DNA of 64,000 bases from Eledone cirrhosa (taxonomy: Eukaryota): the NCBI GenBank assembly GCA_964016885.1, contig OZ024742.1, positions 95,232,001-95,296,000 on the forward strand. The letters are read 5' to 3'. Below are positions 27,530-41,191 of the stretch, piece by piece (position 1 is the first letter of the stretch; every line of letters begins with the position of its first letter). The notes below the pieces were generated by a model that worked only from the letters and a program-made list of their open reading frames with translations, was not told where the DNA came from and searched no databases. The position numbers and the translations under genes were made by a program.

Positions 27530-28190
27530 GGTACACACAGTGTAATCTATGGACATACAAGAGATGTAGTGGGATTGCAGGCAGGCTAAGGGAAATGATA
27601 GTCTTTGTATGTGGCAGATGTACAGAGAAGTAAGCATTTAAGAGCACATGTAAAATAAATTCCTTCAGTTGCCAAGGAAGACTTCATAGAAATTTTTGAC
27701 AGCTTCTGATACCTTGGCAATCTAATTAACAGTGGAGGACGTTGCACTGAAAGTATGATAGCCAAGGCTGGAAGAAGTTTAGAGAGCTGATACCTCTGCT
27801 GACAATTAGGGTCTTCTCATGAGTGAAATGTAGATTGTATGATGCCTGCACATGACCTGCAATGCTACATGGCAATGGAACACAGACTTTGATTGCAAGA
27901 GATCTGCAAAGGCTGAAAATAAATGGAGTGATTATGCTCTGACAGATGGGTAACATTAGTGTGAATAAACGATGTTACATAAGCAAACTGAGAGAAAAAC
28001 TGGACATAAAATAATTGGATGTAGTATGCAAGGGAGAGAAGACTGTGTTTTTATGGGCATGTGTGTGATGCATATGGAAGATACCAGCATCATAAAGAAA
28101 TGCAGAGAAATCCCTATGGAAGAGGCAGACCAAGGAAAATTTGGGACAGGGTTAACAACAGAGATAACAGGACCACAGGAGCTGGTGTTA
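27530..28190 (+). mobile_element. Old degenerate RTE LINE fragment
   Basis: WTYKRCSGIAGRL..FVCGRC; ggctggaagaagtttagagagctgatacctctg; similar to copies A-C. Confidence 0.65.
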
Positions 28191-29721
28191 TTCTGTGCTG
28201 GTAAAGACCCAACCACAAGCATACAATATGACCTGACCGATCCCACTCTACCCGACTTCCACTATCACACCTCAGTAACTAACCTCACTCACACTGCACA
28301 CCCCCATACATGACCCCTCCAGTATTATCCCCTAGTTACTCTCCCTTCTAAGCCATTAGACACCTCATTTTCATACCCTTTTAGTTACATTATCTACTCC
28401 TGTGCAACCCCTCCACTAACCACTTCTTAGTTATTTTCTCCATCACACCACTTTACACCCTTAACTACATCCAGCTCTCCTCTTATACACAGTTTCCACT
28501 TCCCCAACTCATCACACAACACTTGCAATACATTCATAACATTATACCTATTTCCGTTCTCTTTTCACCACACTCCTCCAAACCCCACAGAACAGACAGG
28601 GCTCTTCAGATGGGACAGTTACCAACATCCACTCTAGTGAAATACGCCCAATAAATGCTGCAAACTGATTGGCTTTAGGAAAGGCATACAGTCATAAAAA
28701 GCTTGCAAACCAAAGAGTTAGGAGAACCCTTTATTTGTATGAAGGACATGACATCCCTAGTGTTGGTGATCCACAAGATGAATGTGACCAGTACATGATG
28801 TAAAGTGGTTGACCATTGAAAGAGCATCCAGCCATCGAATGATTGCTAAACAAAGGGTTTGGAGGACCCTTCAGTTGTGTCAACCTCTCTAGTGCTGATG
28901 CCACAATAAAATGCACTTGGTAGAATGTGGAACCATATGTACGCAAAATGTGAAACCCTGGCCAGTCTGAGACGTAAATAGTCCTGCTTCAGCACTAACT
29001 CAGAATATGAAAACCCATATATATATCTCCATAAAAATAATACCACCTACCACTTGAAAGGGAGCACCTTGTCCAAGGCCAAACCTTATATGCGGAGCTG
29101 CTGCCCATGTAATTTATGATAAAAAAAAACATCCAAATTTTGTTCACCAAGGAGCAACTACTAAACAGAAAGGACAAACTTATGATATAGTGCAAACATT
29201 GGACTTACAAAACCTACCTCAACCTCAGATCTCTTCACAATCCAGGAGGGTAAGTTTATTTCCCAACATTAATTGCATACACACATACTGGCATATGCAT
29301 CCCTAAGTACACAGAGTACATATGCACACACAATCATCCCTCTACATTGACATATACACTCTTAGGTTCACACAGTACATAGTACATACACAAACAAGCA
29401 TGACTCTACATAAAACCTACCAACAGACTCCACAATTTCACACCTGGAACCAGCACCTAGATAGACACCAAGAAAAAGAAAAAGTGCATGCACAAGCACC
29501 TGCACATATGGGGCCATATATTCACACACACCATTACATGACACGATAGAAATATATGTATCTCTGCCTGCACACAAGCAGCCTCATATATACCAATCAA
29601 AACCAAGCCACACTTCCTACACTAATATCTTCATACCAAGTACCAAATGCATTTTATAGTAGCATCACAATTACCACTTTAGAGGGCGTACAGTCTGCTT
29701 TTAATTGTGGCACCAAAACTA

Positions 29722-30160
29722 CCACTTTACACAGTTGGCTGAGTGCATTTTGTTATGGTACCAGCACTGCCACTTTACACAGTTGGCTGAGTGTATTTTG
29801 TTATGGTACCAGCACTGCCACTTTACACAGTTGGCTGAGTGTATTTTGTTATGGTACCAGCACTGCCACTTTACACAGTTGGCTGAGTGTATTTTGTTAT
29901 GGTACCAGCACTGCCACTTTACACAGTTGGCTGAGTGTATTTTGTTATGGTACCAGCACTGCCACTTTACACTGTTGGCTGAGTGTATTTTGTTATGGTA
30001 CCAGCACTGTCACTTTACACAGTTGGCTGAGTGTATTTTGTTATGGTACCAGCACTGCCACTTTACACAGTTGGCTGAGTGTATTTTGTTATGGTACCAG
30101 CACTGCCACTTTACACAGTTGGCTGAGTGTATTTTTTTGAGGTACCAACACTACCACTTT
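29722..30160. repeat. 48-bp minisatellite, ~9 near-identical units
   Basis: Unit ccactttacacagttggctgagtgtattttgttatggtaccagcactg. Confidence 0.95.
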
Positions 30161-30362
30161 TCCATACTAGGACACTATTTGCATTGTCATTGGCTTAACT
30201 GGACAAGTAGTGATGGGAATGGAGGTTGACAGCATGTGTGTGTGATGAATATATATGTGTCAGTGTGATGAATATATGTATGTATATATATATATGTATG
30301 TGAGTTATAGAAGCCACTCTCAAATATAAGACACTGAGAGAATGTTAACTGCTGAGTCATAA

Positions 30363-30724
30363 TCATCATCATCGTTTAACGTCCATAGTCCACGCTTGCA
30401 TGGGTTTGGACGGGAGTTTTCCCACTTGAGGCAAGAGTGGTTGTCTTGCTCGTATAGGACTGTCTGGCGGGTTTTCTACGGCTGGATGCCCTTCCTAACA
30501 CCAACCACGTTTACAGTGTGAGGGAGGTTTTTACCGTGTTACCTACACGGCCACATTACAGCGTGGACTGTGTGTTTTTTTGTCGTGACACCTACACGAC
30601 CTCATTTATTTCGGACTGGATGTTGTGGTACCAACATAACTTTACATCGAAAGGGCTGGTGTGGATGGGATGGGGGTGGTGGGACGGGGGGTGTATTTTT
30701 GTTAGAGGTGCCTACTGACTGTAG
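30363..30724 (-). mobile_element. RTE LINE 3' UTR/tail (young, 5' truncated)
   Basis: Reverse complement of 51860-52230. Confidence 0.85.
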
Positions 30725-31994
30725 GAGTATAAATGATAATTCATGACAAAAACAAAATGACTAATCATAATGTTCAAGTGTACATAGGTGTCTGTATGTG
30801 TGCGTGTGTGGGTCATGTCTATCTTTATTTGTGTATCTGTATGTGCATCATCATCATTATCATCATCATCATTTTACGTCTGCTTTTCTCTGCTTGCAAG
30901 GGTGGGATGAGTCCTTTTCAGCACAGCATCTCTCCATTTGTCCTGTCCCTCGCCATCTCCTCTGTGAGCTTCAGCAATCTGAGGTCAGCTCTCACCACCT
31001 TCGCCCTTGTTTTTCGTGGTCTTCCCCTACTGCATATATATTTATATATATGTATATATATGATTGTGTGCATGTGAATGAGTGAATATTTGTTTATGTA
31101 TAATGTATATGTGCATGTGAATATGTGTACGAGTAATCTATGTGTGCATCTTTATGTGCATGTATGTATATGTATATATATTGTATATTTGTATGTTAAT
31201 GTGTATGCAAATATGTATATGTATATATGATGTATGTTTGTATGTTTATGTGCATGTAAGTATATGTATGTATAATGTATGTATGTATATATTTATTAAT
31301 AATTGGTATGTGTACATGTGTGTGCATGTGAGTGTTTGGTTATTTGTTTTCCTCCCTCTCTATCAGGAACACTGGGCCTCAATATATGGCTGCACTCGTC
31401 AGTTGTGGAAGATGGTAATCCCAACACATCTCTTCCATATGGCTTCAAGTCTTCTACATTATCACTCCACGTGTGTTTCTGTGCTATTCCTCTTTTTCTC
31501 TTGTTCAATTTCCCAGTCTCACTGTCAATTCAACTACTGTTTATCCTCTGAATGTGTCATATCCATCAAACAATCTAAGACGTACAACAAAGCCATCTTA
31601 AGAAGTTATAAGGAATTATAGTTTTCTCAAGAGAACTTCAGAATTGCTGGTATGATCATTATATGTTACATTCTTAGTCTTACTGAGACAGTTTATGTGC
31701 ATTCAGGCATGTGTATGAGACTGCATTTGTAAGTATATGCATGTGTGTGTGTATGTATATATGTGTATGTTTGTGTGTTGAGCATATATATGTCTATGAA
31801 TGTATATTTGTGTATGACTTTGTATGTATGTCTATATATATATGTGTGAAGGCACATGGCTTATTGTATGTATGTGTAAATGCATATGGATAAGTGAATG
31901 CATGTGTGAAGTCGCATGGCTTAGTGAAGTGTATGTGTGAAGGCACATGGCTTGATGTATGTATGTGTGAATTCACATGGATTAGTGTATGTAT

Positions 31995-32290
31995 GTGTGA
32001 AGCCAGATGACTTAGTGTTTAGTATGTTTGGCCTATGATCGCAAAACCATAAGTTCAATTCCTGGTGACACACTGTGTCCTTGAACAAAACACTTTATTT
32101 CATGATGCCCCAGTAAATTCAGCTGGAAAAAAGGAGTAGAACTTGTGAGTCAAAGGGTCAGTAGTATCACACACTGAGTAACACTGATTCCCACTTAGAT
32201 TTACATTAAAGGTGCATTTGTCTGTGGAATGTTCAACCATTTACATGTTAATTTTATGAGCAGGCTATTCCATTGATCAAACAACTGGAA
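31995..32290 (+). mobile_element. tRNA-derived SINE family 2, preceded by tandem copies of its head
   Basis: agttcaattcctggtgac..gtgtccttgaacaaaacactttatttc; upstream ~30-bp repeats containing ggcacatggcttagtg. Confidence 0.6.
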
Positions 32291-32454
32291 CATTTGTTAA
32301 AAACAATACAGGTCTCACACACACATACATGCCTAACTTCTGATGATACAGGAAATGTAGAAAAACAGTGTTTCCTTTTGAAATAATGACTCCAGATATT
32401 TTAGCACCTTATTTATGTAGAGTTGAAAATTAGTGAAAATCGTTAAAATATTGA

Positions 32455-32535
32455 CCCTAAATATAAGCCGACCCTCATCTTAGCATCGATGTTTTGGTCA
32501 TATATTTCTTAGCTTATATTCGAGTATATATGGTA
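32455..32535. mobile_element. Possible pogo/Tigger-like DNA transposon terminus
   Basis: Ends ..gcttatattcgagtatatatggTA with internal inverted tataagccg subrepeat. Confidence 0.4.
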
Positions 32536-33159
32536 ATAATTTTAGTAAATCCTTCCAAATTATTTATTTATAGAAATAAGACAACGAAAGTGTGAAAGTG
32601 CTTATGGAATATTAAACCACATACTCATAAATTCATAAAGTGGACATTCATGTGATCAAACTGAATGCTCATTGTTGAAACCCACAGAAATGCCATAATC
32701 TTTTTAAACTAATTATTCATCTTTCCCCCTTTATCTTGGAGCATATATATATCTATGAATATCACTTTTTCTGTGCAATGCTTTGCATATAATAATTGAT
32801 TTTAAATCTTGCTATCCAACATGCTCCCCCATTTCTCCCCTAATTTTGAAATCCTCCTTTGTAGATCAAAGTAACAATGATGCATGTGTTAATGGTCAAC
32901 ATCTTATGACTTCCATTTAGTTTTCATTTCAGCAACTAATACCATCCTCATTTCACAATATATTTCTTTAATGCTCATGCTCTTCATCTTATTTAACTCT
33001 ATCAACTCCCTCCTAAGTATATAAATTCTCTCTGCTTGCCTTATTTAACAATTTATTATCTCTTAATTTTATTTCATTACCAATACATTATATTTTCAAT
33101 GCCACATTGCATCTTTATATTTTCACTCTTTGCACTAAAATGTCTTATTATTATTATTA

Positions 33160-33565
33160 TGCAACACACCAGCTGTAATTTATGAAGCTGTGGTCACTTT
33201 CAACCGACAAAACCAACCACAGGTGGCAAACCTATGTGGGCATGGTGGAGGGCCGATTTAAGGAACGTTTCGTGAACCATCAGTCGACCTTTAGGTACCC
33301 GGACAGGCGTTCATCCACGAAACTCGCGAGCCACGTATGGTCCCTCAAGGACTCAAGTATAGACTACTCCATCCAATGGAAAGCCATCACTAAGTCCAAG
33401 CCATACGCAAGGGGAAATCCGTCGTGTGTACTGTGTATTGACGAACGAATAAATATTCTAAAGAGATTATGCAATAGTGATTGCCTAAACACGAGTATTG
33501 AATTTTTCACACGTTGTCCACACGTCTCGAAACACCTATTGCATAACTACAAAGCTCCGGATTGA
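33160..33565 (+). pseudogene. Penelope-like GIY-YIG endonuclease remnant
   Basis: C.TPAVIYEAVV (frameshift) TYVGMVEGRFKERFVNH..STKLASHVWSLK..CVLCIDE..LN..E..CPH. Confidence 0.85.
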
Positions 33566-33737
33566 ATGAATTATTGTAACAGCATCAATATTTTTTCTTA
33601 TCAACTAAAAACTTTTCGGACTTTCGCAGTTATCTCCCTTACACCTCTCGCACGCATTTTAGTATTGCCTGTGTGAAGTGACGGGTTTCTGCGCATGCGC
33701 GTTCGTACGGTTGTCCTTCTTGTTCCATATAACCATG

Positions 33738-33788
33738 CCCATTACGAGCTGAGGATCCGCTAAGGTGAAACAATTGTTCTCGGTATGG
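33738..33788 (+). ncRNA. Type I hammerhead motif in the 3' pLTR of the Penelope remnant
   Basis: ccattacgag-CTGAGGA-tccgctaaggt-GAAA-caattg-TT-ctcggtatgg. Confidence 0.75.
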
Positions 33789-33814
33789 TGAACTAACTGT
33801 TGTGTAACCACTTC

Positions 33815-33855
<41 letters not shown>

Positions 33856-33873
33856 AACTGTTGTGTAACCACA

Positions 33874-33923
<50 letters not shown>

Positions 33924-34399
33924 TGTGTGTGTTTGTGTGTGTGAGTATGTATATATTTATATATCCAGCAATGAATAAATAATGGCTTCGGGCCGTTTCT
34001 GTGAATAATTTGGATACATTTTGAAAATATTATTAGCCGAGTTTAATCACATGGTTAGTCAGTTGTTAATATTAGTTTAAGAAATATTAAAATGTATGAC
34101 TGGAGCAATAAAGTGACTTGTCATCTGTTTCTCAACTCATCAAATTTAAGTTTGTAGTTCATTTTATTGCAGTAGTTGTCATGATGAAACCCCAATAAAA
34201 ATTCAAGTTTACAATTCATGTTGAAATCATTTAGACATAACACTGTAGTAGCTCCATCAGTTTGGTGCTAAGTACTGCATGGCTGGAATGATAATCAGTG
34301 CTACGAAAGGTGAGATGCTCATCCGCTCAAGGTAGCCTACATGTACATAGATTTCCACTGAAGCAGGTAGAGAAGTTCAAGGGCAATATTCACGAGTGA

Positions 34400-34900
34400 T
34401 GGAAGGCAAGAGGATGAATTAAGTATAATAATTGCAGGAGCTGATGCAACAATGCCTCAACTTCAGCATTCAATTATCAGAAGAAGGAAGGTAGGTGTAA
34501 AAGCCAAACTTGCGATTTCAATTCAGTATTCATACCAACCATTACCTATGGTAATGTGTAATGACCGAAAGAATACGTTCACGGATACAAGCAGCTGAAA
34601 TGGGGTTCCTCAGAAGGGACTGTGGAATAATGTTACTTGGTAGATTGCATAGCTCAGAGATGAGAGAGTCACTCCACATAGAGCTACTAGATCTCCGAGT
34701 TTGAGAGATCACAACTCCAATACTATGGGCAGGTTAGAATGTTTTAGGACAGATTTTACATGCAAAACCAACCAGCAGGAGACCCAAGAGTAGACCTTGA
34801 TCAAGATGGTTGGATAACATCCATGAGCTTGGATGTTCTCATTTGGAGATCCAGGCAGTTGCTTCTGACAGGACCCACTCTGCTGCCATAACCTTCTCAG
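34400..34900 (+). mobile_element. Old RTE-type LINE 3' fragment (family 2)
   Basis: agaagaaggaaggtaggtgtaaaagccaaac..atacaagcagctgaaatggggttc; matches 59795-60415. Confidence 0.6.
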
Positions 34901-35871
34901 GAAGAAGAAGAACTTTCCTTACTGTATTTCTAATAAAAGACACTGCCTATGATTTTCAAATCATTTTGAAAATGATCCAGAAGATTTTGGATTTGTTAAT
35001 ATAACTAATTTTCCCATTATTCAGCTAGTATTTGGAATGTAACTTAACAAATTTTCCTACATGAAATGATGATGGAAGTGTTTTAGTTAAATACAAACAT
35101 TTCTTTACCATATTAAAATAAAATACAGTCTACAACTTACAAATAATCGTAATATAATTAACTTTCTCATTATAAATTTGATATTTGGGATATAAAATTA
35201 TGATGAAGGATTTTTTTTAGATAAATACAAACAGTTTACCATATTTCTAATGAAAGACAAAGCCTATATTTTACAATAACTTCCTCATTTTTAAGCTGTT
35301 CAAGACATAACTATGATTAGCATTCATGAATTTCATAAAATAATTGCAGCAATGGATGCAAAATGGTTAAATGGTTAAGGAATTTGCTTTGAAATCTTGA
35401 GCATCCAGAAACAACCACACTGGGTGGCATCATGGGCAAGGTAGTGAGTCTGGCTCATGGAATTCTTTTGCGTCCTTGAGCAAGTCATTTTATTTAAAAT
35501 CAGCCACAAAAATGAGTTCTATCTGTAGTTCAAAAAGCCGCACATTATGCTAAATCTCTCCAAGGACTACATTAAGGGTAATGTTGCACATTAATTTCAT
35601 CTGTAGGGTTTTCCATTGTTCAAACAACTGGAATATTCATCATCAAAACTGAAGGAGGTCCAATGCAACAAAGATGATTTCGAACCAGATGACAAATTAT
35701 GTCTGCCTACATTATCTCCAGTGTTGTGGTTTGAGTTGTTGCCTGTACTTTAACTTCACAGCCACTATTACAGAAGCAGCTGCTTGTTACATATTTCCAT
35801 CATTTTAGACAAATGGAGGCACCGAATATATATATATTGGAAAAAAAATCTGCCCTAAATGAAAATCACTG

Positions 35872-35931
<60 letters not shown>

Positions 35932-36145
35932 ATAATAGGTTTGAAGATACCTATTGTGGTGTTTCTCTGAAAACATTCACAACCTCTCATGTCATTTGGT
36001 AACCTCAAATGCTTTAGCAAAATATCGGGAAGCCATTTAATAAACAGGCTGCAATATATCATGCTCAGTAATATATCTGACAAAAACTTTAACTTATATC
36101 ATGAGAGGTGAGATAGATATCATCTATATTAGATCATATTTATCT

Positions 36146-36194
<49 letters not shown>

Positions 36195-36284
36195 ATGCTC
36201 TCTCCCTCTCTCACTTTTTATATATTTATGTGTGTATATATATATGTATATATATGTGTGTGTTTGAGCATGTGTGTATGTATA

Positions 36285-36319
<35 letters not shown>

Positions 36320-36380
36320 ATATATATACTTATATATATATATATATATACTTATATATATATACTTATATATATATATA

Positions 36381-36461
<81 letters not shown>

Positions 36462-37103
36462 TTATACATATATATACTTATACATACTTATACATATTTA
36501 TGTATTTACACATATGTGTGTGTGTGTGTGAAGGTCTCAAAGCAGCATCCATGTCATGCAATAACCAATAATTAATGACCAAAGACCAACCTTTTCTCCA
36601 CAGCTACGTCAATTCCACCAATTCCATCAATAACACCAGAAATAACAGGAAAGATGAGGAAGATAACATATCTCTTTGATTCTTTGTCCATTTTTAAAGA
36701 ACGAATTTCCTTAATTTAACTTCCTTTTGGACACCTACGTTTAAGTGATGAGTTTATTCAGTGAGAAAATAAATAACATTTCTTATATTCGATAAACTGG
36801 GATACACTACTATAAAATGATAAGCTATCTGTTGTTGTTGATGTTCAACTTGTTGCTGATGTTAATGCTGTTATTGTTGTTTTTGTTGTTGTTGTCTTTC
36901 TTCTTGGAGCTGCCTTTATCAAAATTACCATCATCATCATCATCATCATTATTATTATTATTATTATTATCATTATTACTATTTGAAACTTTCTTTGAAT
37001 TCTGCTTCCCTCCCAAATCATGTCGAGTGTCAGCCTGGCACCTGAGGCACATTATTATTATCATTAGTATTATTATTATTGTTATTATTATTTATTATTA
37101 TAA

Positions 37104-37295
37104 GGGCGGTGGATTGGCAGTATCGGTAGAGGGTCGGACGCCATGCTTTGACGCATAGAGTTACGGTCCTTGCCATTCTGAGTTCAAATCCTGCCGAGGT
37201 TAACTTTGCCTTTCATCCTTACGGGGTCGATAAAATAAAGTACCAGTAATGAACTGGGTAATTGCTGGCCTTGTGCCAAAAGTAGAAACAATTAT
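37104..37295 (+). mobile_element. SINE family 1, full length, in (ATT)n
   Basis: gggcggtggattggcagtatcggtagag (A-box), GTTCAAATCC (B-box), (ATT)n tail. Confidence 0.88.
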
Positions 37296-37469
37296 TATTT
37301 ATTATTATTACTTTTGTTGTTTTATATTATAAAAGATTTTGATGTATACATTATAGAGGAATATACACTCATAAGCACATGGAATCTGATATACTGCCCT
37401 CCTCCTATATTTATATATCAGGCACACATACATGCATGCGTATATATATATATGTACACTGTAAAGTGC

Positions 37470-37670
37470 TCATGTAGGACACGGTAAAAACGGCTCCCAG
37501 TCCACAATGTTGTTGGTGTTAGGAAGGGCATCCAACCATAGAAAACCTGCCAGAGACACTTCTGTATGAGTGAGAGACGGTCTCCCGCCCAATCCCGCAT
37601 CAACTGGAACAAAACCATCTAACCCATGCTAGCGTGGAAGATGGATGTTAAACAATGATGATCATGATGA
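37470..37670 (+). mobile_element. RTE tail fragment
   Basis: ggtgttaggaagggcatccaaccatagaaaacc..catgctagcgtggaa..(GAT)n. Confidence 0.7.
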
Positions 37671-38026
37671 TATATGTGCATTTATCAACAAAGATTATAA
37701 AACTAGCAGTTCCTTGTAAATTTAACCAATTCAATGCATTAGTTTCCGTACATATACATACATGTATATATATAGATATATATCAATTATAAATAAATAT
37801 ACGATCTGATCCAGAAAGAGAGTGTAAAGATTAGTTTGAAAATTAAATGCCAGTGGCAAGGAAGGCAAGACGCACTCTCAATGTTAGGAGAAATGAAATA
37901 TTAGGAGAAATGAAACAACAGCAACAAAAACAAAACAAACATTACCATGTAATTAAATCTTTCGTTACCTTCATCTTACTGTCCATTTCACATTGTTTAG
38001 CCTTATATCACTTTCCACATTATATA

Positions 38027-40625
38027 TCATCATCATCAGCGTTTTACGTCCGATCTTCCATTCTAGCATGGGTTAGACGGGTTGTCCTGTTGTGGGCAGT
38101 GTCTGGTCGGCTGACCATGCCTTGCTCATACAGGAACTGATTTTGGCTTGATTTCTACAGCTGGATGCCCTTCCTAACACCAACCTCATTTACAGTGAGT
38201 GCTGGGTGCTTTTATTCCGTGGCGCCTACACATCCACTCTACAGTGTGGGCTGGGTGCTTATTTGCCGTGGTACCTCCACGACCACTTTGCAGTGGGTGG
38301 GTGTGGGGGCATATTGTCTATATGCTTCAGCTTGTACCCATGGAAGATCGGGTACTCTGTATTACTGCGTGATGCCAGAGGTCACGGTCGTGTGTCATCG
38401 CCTTTGAGAGGTGTAATTGGGTAAGGTCGGCTTTTATCACCTCATACCAGGTCTTCTTGGGTCTCCCCACTACGCGGTTTCCATTAACTTCTAGTGCTCT
38501 GCACCTTTTTATGCAGCTGTCATTCTTCATACGCATCACATGTCCATACCAACGCAACCGCCTCTCCTGCACACAGCATTTGATTCCTCTTATGCTCAGT
38601 CTCTCTCTCAATTTATTTATGCTTTGCCGTTTGCGTATATTACTGTTACACATCCATCGGAGCATGCAGGCTTCGTTTCTTTCTAATCTACGTAAGTCTT
38701 CCACCTTCAGCGCCCAAGTCTCACTACCATGTAACATTGCTGTTCGGATACACGCATCATACAGTCTGCCTTTCATTTTGAGAGAGAAGCCTTTTGCAGC
38801 TAGTAGTGGCAGTAGTTCCCTGAACATCTTCCATCCTGTTCTTACCCTAGTTATTGTATTTTCTGAACACCCACCTCCGCTGCTAATTCGGTCACCTAGG
38901 TAGCAGAAGCTGTCTGCTGTTTCTACAGAGCCCTCCCAGAGATTGGTGGTACTTGTTTCCTGTGGCTGTTTGCTGCTTGCTGTCCTTGAAGCCTACATTC
39001 TTAATTAAGCTTCCTGAGATCCCGCTACATCTCTTGTGTACCCATTGTTTGCATTTGGGGCAGCGAATGGAGTTCCTACCTACACCTTTCCTACATACTG
39101 AGCAAGGCCATTTCCCTGAGGGGATCTGGGTTCTGTTTTCTCGTCTACTTACAAGGACCTTAGTCTTTGTCAGGTTGACTTTGAGACCCTTTCTTTCTAG
39201 TCCCTGCTTCCAAGTTTAGAATTTCTCTCTAGCTCTACCATAGATTCAGCTATAAGTGCGAGGTCATCAGCATACAGGAGTTCCCATGGGCATCCAGTCT
39301 TAAACTCCTCCGTTATTGCCTGCAGGACTATGAGAGGAACAGGAGAGGGCTAAGAACAGAGCCCTGGTGGACACCAACCTGTACGCTAAATTCCTCGCTA
39401 TACTCATTGCTAATCCTAACTTTACTGACTGCTCCCCTATACATGGCTTGTAGAGCTTTCACAAGCCATTCATCTACTCCTAGTTTACTAAGAGCCCACC
39501 AGATTATAGCAAGTGGAACTCTGTCAAAGGCTTTCTCGAGATCGACAAATTCCAGGAAGAGTGGCTTAGTTTTAGCTAGGTACTTTTCCTGTAACTGCCT
39601 CACAAGGAAGAGGGCATCAGTGGTGCCTCTTCCTGGTACAAACCCAAATTGCATCTCATCTAGTTTCACCCGGTCGCTAATCAACTGTGCTATAACTCTT
39701 TCTGTTACTTTCATGACCTGGTCCATCAGCTTCATACTTCTATAGTTTCCGGCACTGTAGAGTGCTACTTATCTAGAAGTCTGAATCCTTCTTCATTTCT
39801 TGTGCCAACCCCATGGCATCCATGGACTCTATTGAAGCCGTCACAGTGTTTACCTACGTGTCCGTTAAAATCTCCTGCGATGATTAGGAAGTCATTGTCG
39901 TTTGTTAGAGCAGTAGTGTGCATTAGGGACTCGTAAAACCTATCCTTAAGTTCGTCTGGCAACCCCGATTGGGGTAATTGTTTTATTCAGGACTAGTCTG
40001 AGTTTAATGATTCTTGCATTTACCCTGTACACTGAGATTGCTTTATCTACCCACTTGTCAGCTAGTAGTATACCTACACCACCCTTCCCATCGTCATTTC
40101 CCACCCAGAAAAATGTGTAGCACTGACTTTTTCCTACAAGGACTCTAGCAGACTCCTCTTCATCTAGTCTCTTGCACACAACATACATCAATTTCCTTTT
40201 GCTCTAGCATCTCTACGATTTCTCCTGCTCTTCTTTTCATTGTGCTTACATTGATGGTACCAACTCGAAGTTTTGGGCATTTGTCAACATTCGTGGGGAA
40301 GGGTCGATTTTTGCAGGGGTGTGCGTGTGCTTCCTGTCTCTGAATTGGAGCTTCACATGGGTGCTTGATAGCTCACGGATTCATATTCATTTTAATTTAT
40401 TAATTCAGAGTTGCTCCATTTATTATCAGCTCATCTATACATAACGGTAGGAAAATTCAGGGCTAGAAGAACAGTGGTGGTGGTAATAATGGCAGGGTGT
40501 GTTGAGTTGGGACGGGGGAGGAGAGAGGTAGGTAGTAGTAGAAATAGCAGGATTTGTTGGGGTTAGTAGTGGGGGGGGGGAGGCATGCTGAGGTTTGATT
40601 GTCAAAAATTGGCTATGGTGGTGGA
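38027..40625 (-). mobile_element. RTE-type LINE copy B, internally deleted (endonuclease joined to RT)
   Basis: FFWVGNDDGKGGVG, IIAGDFNGHVG, RNEEG; then NYR..KLMDQ, QFGF, VDLEKAFD, GVHQGSVLSP, RRLRWYGH. Confidence 0.9.
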
Positions 40626-40631
40626 TATATA

Positions 40632-40700
40632 TATAATGAATTGGAGTGAAAGCAACTGGTGCGTGTGTTTCTTATTGGCAACATGACCCTCCCAAAGCAT

Positions 40701-40753
<53 letters not shown>

Positions 40754-41185
40754 TAGTTATACTTTGGGAGGGTCATGTTGCCAATTTGTTTAAAATAAAC
40801 AAATAGATAAACGAATAAAAACACACACAGACACCCGGATGTAACACATGCGCAAACTAAGCACACATCAAACAAAAACAAGATGGCGTAAAACAGAACA
40901 AAGGAGAGGCACAAAACAAAGAAAATAATCGCCGGTCGCTGATGAGGTCACAAAATGTGTGACGAAAGAACGTTGACAATATATGAACAACCGTCCGGTT
41001 GTGGAACCAACCAAACAACCAACCGGAAATTTATAAATTTCTTAAATTTATAATAAATTGGAGTGAAAGCAACTGGTGCGTGTGATTCTTATTGGCAACA
41101 TGACCCTCCCAAAGTATAACAATATCGGTTTCAACACACGTTTTCAGATAAAAAATCTTGCTAATCAAATTCAAAAATGAAATAT
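40632..41185 (+). mobile_element. (TA)n-associated pLTR-like module with direct (40632-40706/41049-41125) and inverted (40756-40785) repeats
   Basis: Repeat ttggagtgaaagcaactggtgcgtgtg..ttggcaacatgaccctcccaaag; degenerate hammerhead CTGATGA-ggtcac..gtgac-GAAA at 40935-40977. Confidence 0.6.
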
Positions 41186-41191
41186 ATATAT

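Noticed and set aside
29722-30160. CRISPR array or repeat-protein gene
   Set aside because: Head-to-tail identical units with no unique spacers, eukaryotic context; ORFs arise only because 48 is a stop-free multiple of 3
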